A model generated the notes under the pieces. The model worked only from the letters and a program-made list of their open reading frames with translations, was not told the DNA's origin and searched no databases. Positions 37,380 to 50,249 of a DNA stretch of 64,000 bases are shown here, piece by piece. Location of the stretch: contig JAYWIR010000036.1 in the NCBI GenBank assembly GCA_036172245.1, positions 1,178,001 to 1,242,000 on the forward strand, given 5' to 3'. The translations under genes were made by a program, and so were the position numbers. Each line of letters opens with the position of its first letter. The stretch's first letter is position 1. Source of the stretch: Raillietiella orientalis (lineage: Eukaryota).

Positions 37380-37830
37380 GAGGAAAACTGCTGCGTGTTC
37401 CTCAAGGAAGCGACCCTTTCCTGCTCGAGGGATATTGGGACATCCCCTGGAGAGGCAACTCAATCCTTTCCTTGGAGTCGCCTTTCCAGAGTGGCAAGAA
37501 GTACTCTGCTCTCTTCGAGGTTCTCTTCAGAGAAAAGAGAAACAAGGAGAGGTTCCCTTCCGGAGAAGAAATTCAGGAGCTGAACCTTTCCGGGTTCTCT
37601 TCGGAGAAGAAACGAGAAGCATTTCCTTCTGGGGGGGTCTCCTTCCGGAGAGAATAATGAGGAGGCTCCCTTAGGGATTCCCTTCGGAGAGAACCAGGGC
37701 GAGTGTTACCCTAGGGGTTTCCCTCCCAAGCGTAAGAGGAACGGGCTCTCTCCTCTGGAGCCTTTCTCCCGGAATTCATAAAGTGGTCTCCTCTTGGAAT
37801 GCCTCCCATAACTTGGAGATTGACACTCAT
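37380..37830 (+). mobile_element. tRNA-derived SINE, copy E (body)
   Basis: TTCCAGAGTGGCAAGAAG...CTTCGAGGTTCTCTTCAGAGAAAAG...CTTTCCGGGTTCTCTTCGGAGAAGAAA...CCCATAACTTG shared with copies A and C. Confidence 0.75.
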
Positions 37831-38320
37831 CCTCCTCGGTCCTTCCTTCCTCCCTCTCCCTCTCGTGACCATGGGAAGCTATCCGAGCTTTCAGAAGAGC
37901 CGCCCAATCGATCAAGCGCTCTTCCACTTCTTGGGGACCTTCGAAACGGCAGACTAAGGGTGACCATCAGGAGCCCGTTTCCTCTTCCACAGCTCCCTAG
38001 GAGAGGGTTCGAGGCCACACAGAAAGAAATCCCTTTGTCCCCTCTTTCTGCAAACTCCGCGCGGAAGTCTTCCGTATCTATTTCTCTCCCTTTCAAGTTC
38101 AGCCCTGATGGCTTCTTGACATGGCCGGAGCACGAAGGTCTCCACAGATGACAACGCGGAAGCGCGCGAGGATGATCGCGTTGGTTTGGAAGACGATGAT
38201 CCAGCCTTCCCGTTTCCATGCACCCGGAGACAATGGGAGGATAAAATACCAGGCAGCCGCGAGTTTTACGAGAGCGACGGCGTGACGAGGATGCCCGACG
38301 GGCATCCCTCCCCCTCAAGG
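37830..38320 (-). mobile_element. APE endonuclease remnant of a second LINE family
   Basis: VFYPP, VVICGDLRA (cf. IICGDFNA), NLKGREI (cf. N.RGR.L) and ALDRL in the expected order across frameshifts. Confidence 0.5.
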
Positions 38321-39359
38321 GGGAGGAAGGGCAGAACGACTTCAGGAAAGCGGCACATCGGGGAAGAAGAAGGCCAAGACCGCAAGCGCGCTCCCGGTTG
38401 TTCCTGAACCACTCAGACGAAGAAAGTCAGGGAGTGTGCGCGGGAAATCCAGGCTATTTTGTTCACTCGCTTTTCCTCTCCTTCTTTCACCCTACTTGCG
38501 CTGCTAATGAATTCGAGGAAGAATAGGAGCGCTCAACAGGGACTCTTTTCAACGCGGGGACGGAGCAACCAGCCTGGGAAGGAAACGAGCAGCAAATTCG
38601 CGGGAGGAACCCCGCTCCTCTTCGATAGACCATAATATCCGTTGCTGTGACAACGGGAGGAAACTCGGGGCTCCAGCGCGTAATGCTGGCATCTCGCTGG
38701 AGGAGAAAGACCTCTTATCGTACACAGCAGTCCTGGTTTATTAATTACAAAACAAGGAAACGCTGCCGAATCTACCCTAATAAATCTCTAGGCAGAATCC
38801 CTAGCACGGGAGCCCATCTCACATCCTGAGAGCATTATCAGCCATCAAATCGAATGTTCGGATGCGGTCATTTCCTTTGAGAGGATGCAAGGAGTTCCTG
38901 TCCTTTGTGTGGTTTCGGAAAATTGATTTAACAGTTGCGTAATGACCACGTGAAGAAGGGCTCTCGCCGCCACGAAGAATTTTTCATCTGAGAATTAAAG
39001 GATCCTGAAGATGCGACCAGGTGGCACTTAATGAAAACCTTGACTCCAACGACGTAGTGTTGTCACGCGGAGAATAGACTTTCTCGCCCTTTCCTTCTTC
39101 TTCTTCTATCTCCGCACAGTCACCGGAATTCCGCTACGAAGGAAGGCAGGAAGAGAGAGGCTGCCGGAATCTTGGGATCAAGGCAGGCTTTCGGAAGGAA
39201 CGCGTAGTGGCGCAGGAAAGCGCCAGCATTTTTCCTTGGCTCCCTATGCTGTCCAAAACGTGCTCTTGCAATCCTCGTTTCAAAGAAAATCTTCCCGGAG
39301 CGAGACCCCGGACTCATTGAATCGGAAACTGACATTCTCATTTATTGAGAAAACCTCAA

Positions 39360-39830
39360 TAACTTAATTGGATTGGGCCATGGCTACTTCTACTGTAATG
39401 GAACAACAATAAATAACACAACCAGCAGAGATTACGCCATCTGGAGGAACGGAAGTACAGAATGTAGCAGGATGGAGTTTCTGTTTCGCTATTAGTTGCC
39501 TCTTCAAGAAAGCAATCAGCATGAAAGACTCTGTAAAAACTGATGATGAAAAACAACGACTCCGATCTGCAAGATATATATCTTCTTCCCTACATCCGAC
39601 GAAGTGCCCTAACAGTTGTACGGAAGCCGTTCCTTGATATTTCAGTATGCAAGAATTCTGCTGTGACTGCTGTTGGCATGAGCGGGATGGTGTCTTAGAG
39701 CGCCTTCTTCTTCCACACGGAAGTCAGTGCCTCATCCACGCATGACCTCTGAAAGAAAAAAAAAACCTCAGACGAAAAATTTCTGCTGCATGTGCATACG
39801 AAAGAGAGAGGTATAGTTGAGCCTGTCGCC
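39360..39830 (-). pseudogene. Possible decayed SLC7/LAT-type amino-acid transporter fragment
   Basis: Stitched minus frames IFRLRFFF..RGH, KTPS, EDIY, ESLFFIIS and LLVVLFIVVPL follow the order SRLFF..AREGH, TP.PAL, DIY.LI, ESLF, LFLV.VPL of LAT transporters; many frameshifts. Confidence 0.35.
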
Positions 39831-41289
39831 ATGTCTGTCCACCATGACCACTTTTCAGGATTCGTTTATCGCTATTCCTGTGGGATCCGAGTTGGGCATC
39901 CTTGCTCCACGTTCCACTTGCATCTGCAAGCACCCCAGCGTTCCTCATGGATACTTTTCTGACCGCTGACCGCGATCCAGAGCTGCACAGTGGCACCTGA
40001 AAAATCGACTCCAGTCTCCGCTCTGTTCTTCTGGAAGAAAACATCTGGACGCTCTCGAGGGACATAGTCTCGGGATGAACCTCAAGGAAGGCGGACCCAT
40101 GTGACCACAGGTCCATAACGTGGAGAGACTGAACTGCCTCCTCACTTCCGAAAGAGTTCCTGCTCGAACTAAGAGATGAAGGGACTGTGGAGAAGACGAT
40201 GGAGAAAGATGGGGTGGGAAACGAACTCGGTGTCCTTCTCGAGCTTTCTAAAGCGACGACGGTTCCTGAGGGTTTGCAGCCTTCTCTCGGAGAGCAGCTC
40301 TTGCTCGTGGCTTCCAAGTTTTCGAAATTAAGGGTTTCGGATGAGAACAAAAAGCTGGTGGAGCACCATGCTCCCTTTTTGCTGACTTCTGCACCTTGCT
40401 CTCGTCTTTTTCCTGGAAGACGATGACACTCTAGCCGGCGCCCGCCCTGGGATTCGAAAGAGAATGCTCTTCGAATTACGAGCTTCCGGATTCCGCTGTC
40501 TCTTGCAAAGCAGGGAAAACCACAAAGCAGCGACCTGGTGGAAAATCCTCCAGTCCACTTTGGTGGGTTCCTTTTTTCACTTTGGGCTGTCCATCCTTAC
40601 TCCAGCTGCCCTGGGTATCAAAATCAAGTGGACTTGAAAAGATAAAAGGCAAGCCGTGTGGTACCTATAATGGGGTGGTAGAATGGAAAGCGGTTCCTTC
40701 GAAGACCTGTTTCCCTTCCTTGGAATCGCCAGGGAAGCGACCGCAAATCGTTTTTCGAGCTCCTGCACTTCCTGCAAGCCAGAAGACATCCCGAGTATGA
40801 AGAAACCCATGAGATTCATGCAAACATGCCGCATATATGAAAACACCGTCCAACGACCTACCTGTCGAGGATCCCGAGCCTAAAGCCGAGCGTTTCCCCA
40901 GCCTCCGGAACTGAGTCATCCCTGTCCTCCGGCGTTCTTCCGTCGGAAGATGATGGTGCGTTCCTCAGCGTCCGACGGCGTACTGAGCACCATCGAAATG
41001 AGACGAAGGATTCACTCTCTGAAGATGGCTTGAAGTTCATCTGCTCTGGCTTCCTCCTGTTCTTTCTGTTTTTGTTTTTCAGGTTCGACGGCCTTCCTCG
41101 ACCATGCGATGCACCTTCTCGATTCTTCGAAATTTTGCGAGTTTCTGGGGTGCAAATTTCGGCTTCCATTGGGTGAGCGGCTTGTCCAGAAGAACGCTGC
41201 CTCACCGTGGTCGGCTTCCTGAGAAGCAGAAATGAGGGTAGCTCTCGAAATTGTGAGAACGGATCAAGGACCACTTCCGGAGCCAACCT

Positions 41290-42330
41290 TCTCTTTGTAT
41301 TTCTCTGCCCTCATGATTCCGCAGATGCCACAGTAGCTGACCTCTTTGATAAGGGGCGTTGCTATGTCGGTGACCACTTATCAGCCCGGCTCCTTGCCAA
41401 ATGGCCTATTCTCGTCTTCAACATGAAGCAGCAGACTTTTGCACTCATACCTAAAGCATGCTGGGGAAATGAGAGTTCTAAGGATTGAAACATATCAAGA
41501 GATTATGCTGCCCTCTTCCTGCTGCATTGAAACGGTTTGCACCTCTCACCCCTTAGTGCATAGAGGAAGCACCCCGCCGGCAGGCATCTTCGAGCTTCTC
41601 CGGCCGAATTTGCAACCTGACCCACAGTTGGCATCTCTTTATCTTTCTTTGAACCCAAAACCTGCTCTCATCTCCACACTTTCCCTGCCTGTTTGGAATT
41701 GACTTCCAGTCAGTTCCACTCTTCCACCATCGTCGTGTCTAGACCTGGTGCGCCTCTTTGCAGCAGTTCAGTACTTCAAGAAAGTGACTCTTGGCAAAAA
41801 CAAAGGATCACCAAGAGTTCCGGAAACTCCGAGATGAATCCGCGTTGCGTTCCAGGAGCACACGACAGCCAAGTGCTGCTGCCCGATCCGCATCTTCGTG
41901 ACGCATCCTCTTCGTGCCTGCGTCGTGAGTCACAGGGCACGGAGACGCCTCGCTAACAGGTCTCGCGATGAAAAACGGGCAGCAGAAGGGAAAAGCGTTT
42001 CAAACATCTGAAAAAGGAGGCAGCGCCGGAAGCAACGCACATGGCGTTGAAACCGTGGAAACCTGCCTTCGCAGCATTGTTGGCCGCCGTGCTGATTGCG
42101 CACGCTGAGGTCACGTGCTTGCCAGGGCTCGCCTCTTACTTCCCAAAAAGGGTGGCATTCCAGCAACCCTACCTTTCCCCTACTCTTCCTCACCGAAAGG
42201 GAAAACGTGCCGGGCATTCTCGATCAGCAGCCTATCCGAAGAAATGGGAGCTCAGTCAGGAAGAAACTGAAGACTACGATGGCAACTGCAGTTTCCATCT
42301 GGAGACCTTGCCAGATACACTGACAGGCTG
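41290..42330 (+). mobile_element. Possible DIRS-like RT/RNase H remnant
   Basis: TVADLFD...VFNMKQQTF, ALKPWKPAF, ERENVPG and KWELSQE in plausible order; weak. Confidence 0.3.
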
Positions 42331-42439
42331 ATGGACCAGTTTCCTCCAGGAACGCATTAGGGCTCTTTCAGAGATCGACTTTTTAAAACTAAGGGACGCG
42401 TCTGGAATGGGAATTTCTGGAACGACCATGCGGTTGGTA

Positions 42440-42690
42440 TCCGACAAGTCCTGAGCGGTTGGAACCCTCACACCCCTCTGGTTTGACACCCGGTTGCGCC
42501 AGGGCGTTTATTCATTTTAAAAAATAAACATACAGACCAGTGGCAGGACGCTTGGTCCTGCCACGTTATAAATATACTAAAAAGAACATGCCGAGAGCCA
42601 GCACGCTAGCCGGCGAGGTTCGCCTAGGCAGCAGAGGGGAAGGGGAAACAACAACAAAAAAAACATGGAAGAAAAAAAATATATGCGAAA
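42440..42690 (-). mobile_element. 3' UTR fragment of the L1/Tx1-like family
   Basis: Reverse complement aligns with 34130-34310 (GTGGCAGGA...GTCCTRCCAC...ATGTTTATTTT...ATAAACGCCCYGG). Confidence 0.75.
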
Positions 42691-45600
42691 AAATTGGGGG
42701 AGTCCAGGAAGAGATTATCAGGTGCTGGAGGGCGTTCTCTGCATCCGATGCAGGATGCCAGCAAGTTTCTGTTTCATCATTCCCAGATGGGACCATCTTG
42801 ACACTATCCTCATGAAGAGGACAGCAAAATAAATGGCGTTCCTGTCGTCCTGGTTTCCTCTGGCTCTGCTCCATGCAGCCACGATCCTGCATAGTGCTTC
42901 TAGCAAGTGCTACTAGGGATACGGTCGGCGTGATGGCGTCGAACTCTGATTGGTGGCCTCCATCCTGCAAGAGACAACGCCAGTTTCCTCAGTTTTCGGG
43001 GCTGTATCCTTCGGGGTAAACCAACAGAGCAAACGGTCGGTAGCAGACTCAAAAAGAGTCGACAACCAGAATTCATGAGGATGTAGTGGACGCGACGGAC
43101 TCCGTCAGGATTCCGACCTCTCGTGGAACCAGGATGCAATGCTGCTGCACGTTCGAAAGATGCTGGCTGTTTGTGGAACGCTCAGGATGAATGCATGAAT
43201 GGAAAATGGGGATTCGCGAACCGCCCCGGACCGTTCTCACTTCCTGTAACTGAGGCGGAAGTCCTTCCTCCCTGAAGGAAGTTTGCAGCATCTTGCAAGC
43301 ACTAGGTTTGTTTGCCGGAAGTATCGACTAGGAGTACGGAAAACGAGACTACACGGAAGTGGGCCAGAATTTTTGATCCACAAAGGGAATTCAGGGACAT
43401 TCCAGATTCCTGGGCAACAACTGAGAACGGGAAAGACTTCCTTGGGAATTTGCCGACCGCGCCGGATTTTCGGAAAGAGATCTGGGCTGCGGCTGGAAGT
43501 GGTTGAGTGACGTGGAGTTAAGCCTGAGAGGAGCATCTTCGGTCACTTCGTCCACCACCCGTACTTTCCTATCATCTGGAGGCCCTTGGCCTAGAAACAA
43601 CTCGAGGACGCATCTTATTCCAAGAGAGCGATTTCCGTCGTCACCGGCAGAAGAACCCTCCAAGAACCAGGAAAAATGCATCCCTTGGGGAAGGAAGATG
43701 AAGGTAGCGTGGGCATTGAGAATGCGGAAGACGCAGTCACCTAGCATAAATGCGCAACCTCATTTTTGCGTGGTCACTTGTACTAGGACAAGAAAATAAG
43801 CAAATAGGCGCTACGAGGCATAGGAGGTCGTGCCACGCGAGAAAAAGCATCAGCACTACTCTGAACTCAGAGACGAAAAAGGGTGCATCTGCATGCAGAC
43901 GATTGTTGCACTGGCAGCAGGTGTGTACTGTGTGTATACTGCAGCATGTATACAGCTGCTCTACATGAGGTTTACAATACATATGCACGAACACCGTATT
44001 GCGTACGCGCAGATATGATGTTGCCGATAGGTGAATACCATGCTACAATAAGTATACAAGAGCGACTCGAAGGACTGCAAATGGACCTGCTGGAGTCCTT
44101 GAATTAAGGGCTGCCTCTCGAGCAGGTACCTCTGCACCTCCCCGCACCACGGCCGGGGGCTTGCACTAGTGCAGCGATTCAGGGCTCGCCTCTTTCTCCT
44201 CAAAAGGGATTTTATTCATCCTCTCCTTACCAGCAGAAATTTCCGCTCTTTCTTGTCCCTTGAATGCTTCGGAGATGCCGAAAGACTCCTCTCAAGTACG
44301 GAAAAACCCTCATGCCAGTAACTCAGAAGCTCCCTGTAGCGGTCTCGCAGACGGAATGGAGACCTGGTCGGCTCCTCAACCCCTCCTCAAATTCGTCCAG
44401 GAGCGATTCCGCTGAGTGCGACTTGACTTCTTCATAAGGAAGGCGAATTTGGCCTTCCTTAGCTCTGGGAACGGACATTAGACCCAAATCTATCCTAACC
44501 AAACAGTTTCTCTCAAGATTCTGGTGACCAGAAAGCTTGCGTGGCTCCTCGCCATCTTGTTTTTCGTTTTTTTGTCTTTTCGCTTTTCGTGCAAAATTTC
44601 CTGGTCTTCGCTTTCAGACCAGTCTGCCAAGCGCCTTGTGCAAACAGCGCCTAGTGCACAATAGTCGCTGATCATCCGTGCCAAGATGGAACTCCACCTG
44701 AAGTGCCCACTGCAGGAAACACGGATGTTCCACCACACGTGCTCTAGTTTATGCAGTAATGGTGAGCCACTTAAAACCGGCCCCATCAAAGTTTGGCGCA
44801 TTCGAAGAGGTCGGTTTCCAGTAATAAAAGCTCCTGGGGCAGAAGTGGCAACGAATGCAGAAAGCTGTATCCTTTGCCACTTTGTTCTCCTCGGAACATC
44901 CCAGACCAAGGTGCACCATCAGCCCAGCCACTTCAAATCACCCGGCCTCAAGTCGGGGGCTTTGCGGCGAAGCGCAGAGCCACCGTCCTTTGGGAACGGC
45001 ATCTGCATTGGCTTCCACGTCATGCACCTCTCGAAGGCGGCACTGCCTCCTCAAAACACTGCATCTCAAGGCTAGCCACAAGTTTCAGATCCCCATAATG
45101 AGGCACCTTAAACGTACCTGTCTGCAGCCTCGCTGCGTTCTACCGGAAAGGTTCAATCTCTCTCACCCTTTATTTCTAGACTGCTCTGTGGGCTGCCGTG
45201 CTGATTGAGCACACTGACGTCACGCCACGGAACCGGACTTGTAGCGAAGAGATTTCAATTCGCTCACCGTGCATAAATGGACCGACTGCTCCGTGTGAAT
45301 ACGGATGCATCAATCGAATAAGAAAGGCAGGCAACAGTCACAGGGGTTGCCGCAACCAGGATGCTCAGCTCCGATGTGCTTGGAGGAGAGTTGGGGTAAG
45401 TCTCAAGGTCCACTCAAAGCAGGGCTGCGTCACGGAAGGTACCCGCCCCCTCAGGTGTTTCTCTTCCTGGCAACGGAAAACTAATCTCTAAGCAAATGCG
45501 CAGTCCCACACCGCCTTTCGCAGTCCTTCGTGCCACCTGACGTGCTGCGCAGGAACGTCCACCCTAATCATCCGATCAAGGGGGAGAGGGTGGGGGAGGA

Positions 45601-45739
45601 TTGTTGCCCATGATCCCAAAACGAGAATTTTGCGTGAGAAAAGAGAAGGAATATGGGAAGGTCAATCCGAAATCTTCGAGTGTCGGGACAATCATTTGAT
45701 CGAAGGAGAAAGTTTCAGCTCGCGGTGCATTCATAATCT

Positions 45740-46480
45740 GACGGGTCACGTAGGGGCAAGCAAACCATCGAAGGAACTCCTTGGAACTCGGGAAAAGAAA
45801 TGCCTTTCTCGCAGGATAAGAACAGGAGCTCCCTTCCGAGGGACTTCCCTGATATGCTTATTGCATGTCGAGGGGCAAAAAGGGAAAAGTTCCCGTTTCG
45901 AATTCCACCTGAATCCTGATTTTTCCTCCCTCATCATTTCTGCAGCGAAGGACTCCTTTCACCTCGGAGGAATTTTGCCGATTTGAATATTCACGGATAT
46001 CCCCGCCTTCTCCCAAATGGAGGAACTCGCTTCGTAAAAGGGGGAATAGTGGAACTGGAATTTCTATCCCGCCTTGCCTTTGAACTCTGCCTTCGCTTCC
46101 GATAACCCTGGAATGCTGAGTCGGAAGGAAACGGAGGCGACTGCAGTGCCAAGTTCCCTGGATATTCGAACTGAACCTGAGGGAAAATGGAAGATGCAGT
46201 CTCGCCTGTGGGGAACGGGTTAAAAGGGCAAGGAGTTCAAGTTCTTGGTTCTGTGCCATGTGCACAGTAGCTGGTTGCCCCTTCAGCATTGATCGCATAG
46301 TGATTTCGATAATTCTATCTCGGGTCCTTGGGCCAGCATCCTGACAGCTGTCTAGGGACAAAGGAAAAACAGTCTTACACCAAAAACAAGCAATGGATGA
46401 AGAAGTTTCAGACTCTCCAGAGAAGCTGTCCAGCTGTCGAAGTTGCAAGAGGCGTTTGAGAATGGAAGAGATGACGGTCA
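45740..46480 (-). mobile_element. Possible DIRS-like RNase H / methyltransferase-like remnant
   Basis: Weak collinear motifs SSNIQG, PVPLF (cf. IDLF) and LFPFCP...IREVPRKGAPVLIL (cf. YAFPP...KIR..GA.VILIAP). Confidence 0.35.
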
Positions 46481-47399
46481 CTGCATTTCACGGTAGCTCC
46501 CATCCTGTGAAGCCGGCTCATGTCACCTGTTGAGACTATAGGAATTCCAATGACTCTTCCATTAGGGGTCACTTGACACCCGTTCTATACGCTGCAGAAT
46601 CCTTGAAAGCAGAGACAGTAGCCCTGCTAGCTGATAGGAGTCGAAAACTGGTCCTACAGTGCTCGAGGTGCCATCTCTAGAATCAGGTTGCGCTTCAGAC
46701 ACACAACAGGGTGGGAGATCAGGGAGAGCCAAGGACGAATAGACTTGAGTGAGTTGCGATAGGAAAGCACCACATGCCTTCTCAGAGACAGAAAGGCACT
46801 TGGCGAATCAGTGGTGGCGGAATAACCACCTTCTCCGAAGCCAAGGACATTAGACCGATTCTCCTCTTTTCTCTTCTAGTGGAGGATGTTCAACAAATAG
46901 CATCTTTTTTTCGGACAGCTGTCTCGCTACCGGCAAAGATAAGCAAAACATTGGGCACCACCTAAGGAGGTGAGTATTTACTGATGGGCGACTTCGGTGT
47001 TAAAGACGAGTGGATGGAGGTGCAGAGTGCTCACTCATGTCCATCCATCTGTCGTTTTTTTCGATTCCGTTGGTGGTCTTCGCGTTGCCATGCGTCTGTC
47101 TGACCATGAAGTCTGACTGTCTACCGCTGCACCATCCAATGAGCTCTGTTTCCTTCTTCCCTCGCTTGGATGTTCTGTTGTCTGCTACTAGACAACCCTG
47201 GACAGGACCAGAAACACAAGTGCTGCAGAAGCAGGGAATGCCTTACGGATTCCAGGGTGCAAGGGGATCTACCATCATCTGAAGAAAGCAGAAGAAATGG
47301 GTCATTGGAACCGGAGAGGAAAGAGGTGCGGAAAGAGTCCCGCGTGTCCATGAAACGCATCAAAAGCGAGAGCTCAGAGACGAGGAAGGAGCTGCAAAA

Positions 47400-47859
47400 C
47401 TGTGCATGGCTAGGGAGGAAGGAACATCATCAATCAAATGAAGGCAGAATGCGAAAAACTACCTCATCTAGGATCCGACTGCTCAACTTCCGGGAATAAA
47501 TGAATCCAGAAAAATTTACAGTAGTGAACAAGGAACGCTTGGACTGAAGCCTCACTGGAGAGAAAGGGAAGGCGAAGGAAAGATGCATAATGAATAAAAT
47601 AAACGAATGAATAAATAAAAGACCAATCAATAAATAAATGAACAGGGATGGGACCTGTGGCGAAGATTATTAGACCTCAGTATGCGCGTTCATCATCCTG
47701 TCTGGGGAAAACGACCCCTCGGCGAGCTCCTCTGCCCAGTACGAGGGAGGCGGCTGTCTATACGAAGGAAGGGAGGGAGCGGTTGCCGTTGTTCTAGGGC
47801 GTCGTTTGCGATCGCTACCGCCCTAGTGGGAAGGACTTTGGAACGTACCAGTCCGGGAT
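47400..47859 (-). mobile_element. Probable diverged ORF2 end plus 3' UTR of the L1/Tx1-like family, abutting the right inverted-repeat copy
   Basis: Minus-strand GGTCCCATCCCTGTTCATTTATTTATT resembles GGCCCCGTCCCTG...TTTATTTATTTATTCATT just after the stop at 50875; the upstream match is weak. Confidence 0.4.
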
Positions 47860-49238
47860 GCGGAGATCGAGGGAAGCACCTCTGGACGATTGTAGGCAGA
47901 TCGGGAGGTGAGTGCATCCGGCCCCTATCGCCCCTTCTCCATCCGACGCGGACCCTCCGTGTCAGGTACCGCTCCATCCCACCCTCTGCTTTCCTTATTC
48001 GTTTGGAGGCCCTCCCTCCTCTCCCTCCACTTCTCCTTAGCTGCATCCCCAGAGAAGGTGAGGGCTGGCACAAGTCGACCCTTCCCTGCCCGCAAGAGTT
48101 TCCATCTCTTCCTGTTGCGTGAATGGTCCGGCAACCCGGGAAAAGAGACTCTCGCCGAAGGTTTTCCTTGAGAAAGGGGGATGCGCACAGATGAGATGTC
48201 TTTCGCGCTCCTCAGAAGGAAGTGTGCAGGGAAGAAAGAGGTCAGGAACGCAGTGGACAGGGGTGCGGAGGCCCAAAGAAAAAAGAAAAAAGAAAACCGA
48301 AAAAGGAAAGCCAGCGAGGGTCGGCTGGCTCGTCTCTTCTGGCGCCACGCGTGGATATGCGCGCGAGAAAACGGAACTCCCTCCCGTTGCACTGGGTCCG
48401 GTTCGCGGAATCGGCGCGACCACCGACCCCTAGAGTTTCCAGGGTGGTGCTCTTGGGCCGATCGCAGCCGGCTGCCTTCGGGTCCCCGGAGCAGTGCGCA
48501 CGGATGCTGGGCGCATCTCGGGAGATTCGCCTCTGGCGCGAAGGGCAGTGCAGTGCTCATCGCAGCTCCACGCGTCAAACTGGCCCGATCGGCTGGCGAG
48601 GAGCGCCGCCAGTCTCGAATAGGGACCGTGGCGCGGGGTCTTTGGTTTCCTACGGGAGACGTTCGTCCCTCGATGGAACGAGAATTAACTCGAGAAGCTG
48701 GAAGGAGAAGGTCGGGAACGGACCGCTTTATCTTTCTCGCGAGCATTCGGACGTCGGAGGAACAACGGATAGATGCGGACCTCGTCTCCGATGCTATCCA
48801 GCCAGACCCAGCGCACCAAGGCAACGGAAAGGAGGGCAGTCGGGTTCCTCTTTCCCACACGAGCATCCGTGCATGAGGCCAGAATAGACGGACCTCTTCT
48901 TCGCCCTCTCTTCCTCCTGCCCGTTCGCGTATGCAGGCATCCCCATCACTTTCAACGTCTCCTTGGAGGCAGGGAGGTGTCCCTGCCCGCCTTCAGCAGC
49001 GCGCGGCCGAGCTTCCTGGGCTCGCCGCCGGGGGGGCAATCCCGACGAGAAACTTCCGTCTCTGCGGCAACGGGAGGCAAGGAAGAACCCCGCATCTTGT
49101 TCCTCCTCCCTCCTCGGGGCTGGTCGGCATCGATGCACGGGCCAACCGCTTGCAGAATGCTGGCGAAGGAGTGGTCGGGAGAGGGGTGTAGTTGTCTGGG
49201 TTACCTCCTTGAGAAAAGCGAAGGATGAAGGCTGGAGC
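47860..49238 (-). repeat. Right copy of 1379-bp inverted duplication (partner 1242-2620)
   Basis: Direct reverse-complement match to 1242-2620; identity stops abruptly at both ends. Confidence 0.98.
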
Positions 49239-50249
49239 GTCTCGGTGTTTCCGGAGTCTCTTCGGTTCCTCAACGGAGCACCTTAACGGTGCCCGAAGAG
49301 TATGACGCAGTTAGAAGACTACAACCGCACGCGAGGAAGAAGAAAATTTTGTGCCTGAAAGGACGCGCATAGGCAGGGCAGATGAGTGGGCGGGAATAGC
49401 GAGGAAGGGGTGGCGTGACTTACCTTGGGCGCCTCCGTGTACTCATGAGGCAGCCATTCCTTTCGGGATCACACCAGCAAATCAGGGTACACGGGGAATG
49501 CTTGAGGAAGGTCACTCGCCAACTGACGCCTGCCGATCCACGCTGGGTCGTGGAAGGGGGAGGACGAGGAGGTGGCAGAGTGCCTCCATCCGCGGGACGT
49601 CACTCTCACTACTTCCGGGTTCAAGGAAAGTGAGCGGGAAGGAGAAGGAGCGGAAGGGAGGATGGGATGGGCACCTCGCTGTCCCTGGCAGCATCCGGAG
49701 GAACTTGGCAGTCTCAGATGAGTCGCCGAATCGTAGCCTGCGGGGGTATGCGAACCGGGAGGCAGCTGGACGGGGAAGTAGGGAGGCAGCGATGAAGGGG
49801 AAAGTGAGGGTGCGCTCTGGAGACTGGAGGAGAATCCTTCCGTTCCTCTCTTCATCAATTTGGAAGGGTCACTTAGAATCCCGAAAGGTTTCCAAAGACG
49901 CCCTAGGAAGCAGGCTGTCATCGTGCTGAGTCCCCCTTCCCCCTTTCCCTGGAAGAGTCGCTCAACAAGGGGACAGTGCTGTTTGGGTGGCGGACTTTTC
50001 CACGTGTCCTCTGTTTTCTACCATCAGGCGTCCGTGGGTGAGCAGACGACGGGGCTCCCGCTCGCGATTCCCCTACAGCGCAGCGATCGGAGGGATGCGT
50101 GAAAATGGGTAAGGAACGAGAACGAGATGGGGATGGGGATCTGCATCCCTTTCTCTGCTCTCTCTGCGAGTCCTCCTTATCATCGCGTGAGTGTGGATGA
50201 AAAGTTCACGGAGGCTCCCTAAGCTGACTCCCGCAGGAGGAAGGAGGAG

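Noticed and set aside
47815..47859. Helitron-like hairpin plus CTAG on the minus strand next to the right inverted repeat
   Set aside because: The hairpin is imperfect, CTAG is not followed by T, and no matching 5' TC end or second copy was found.
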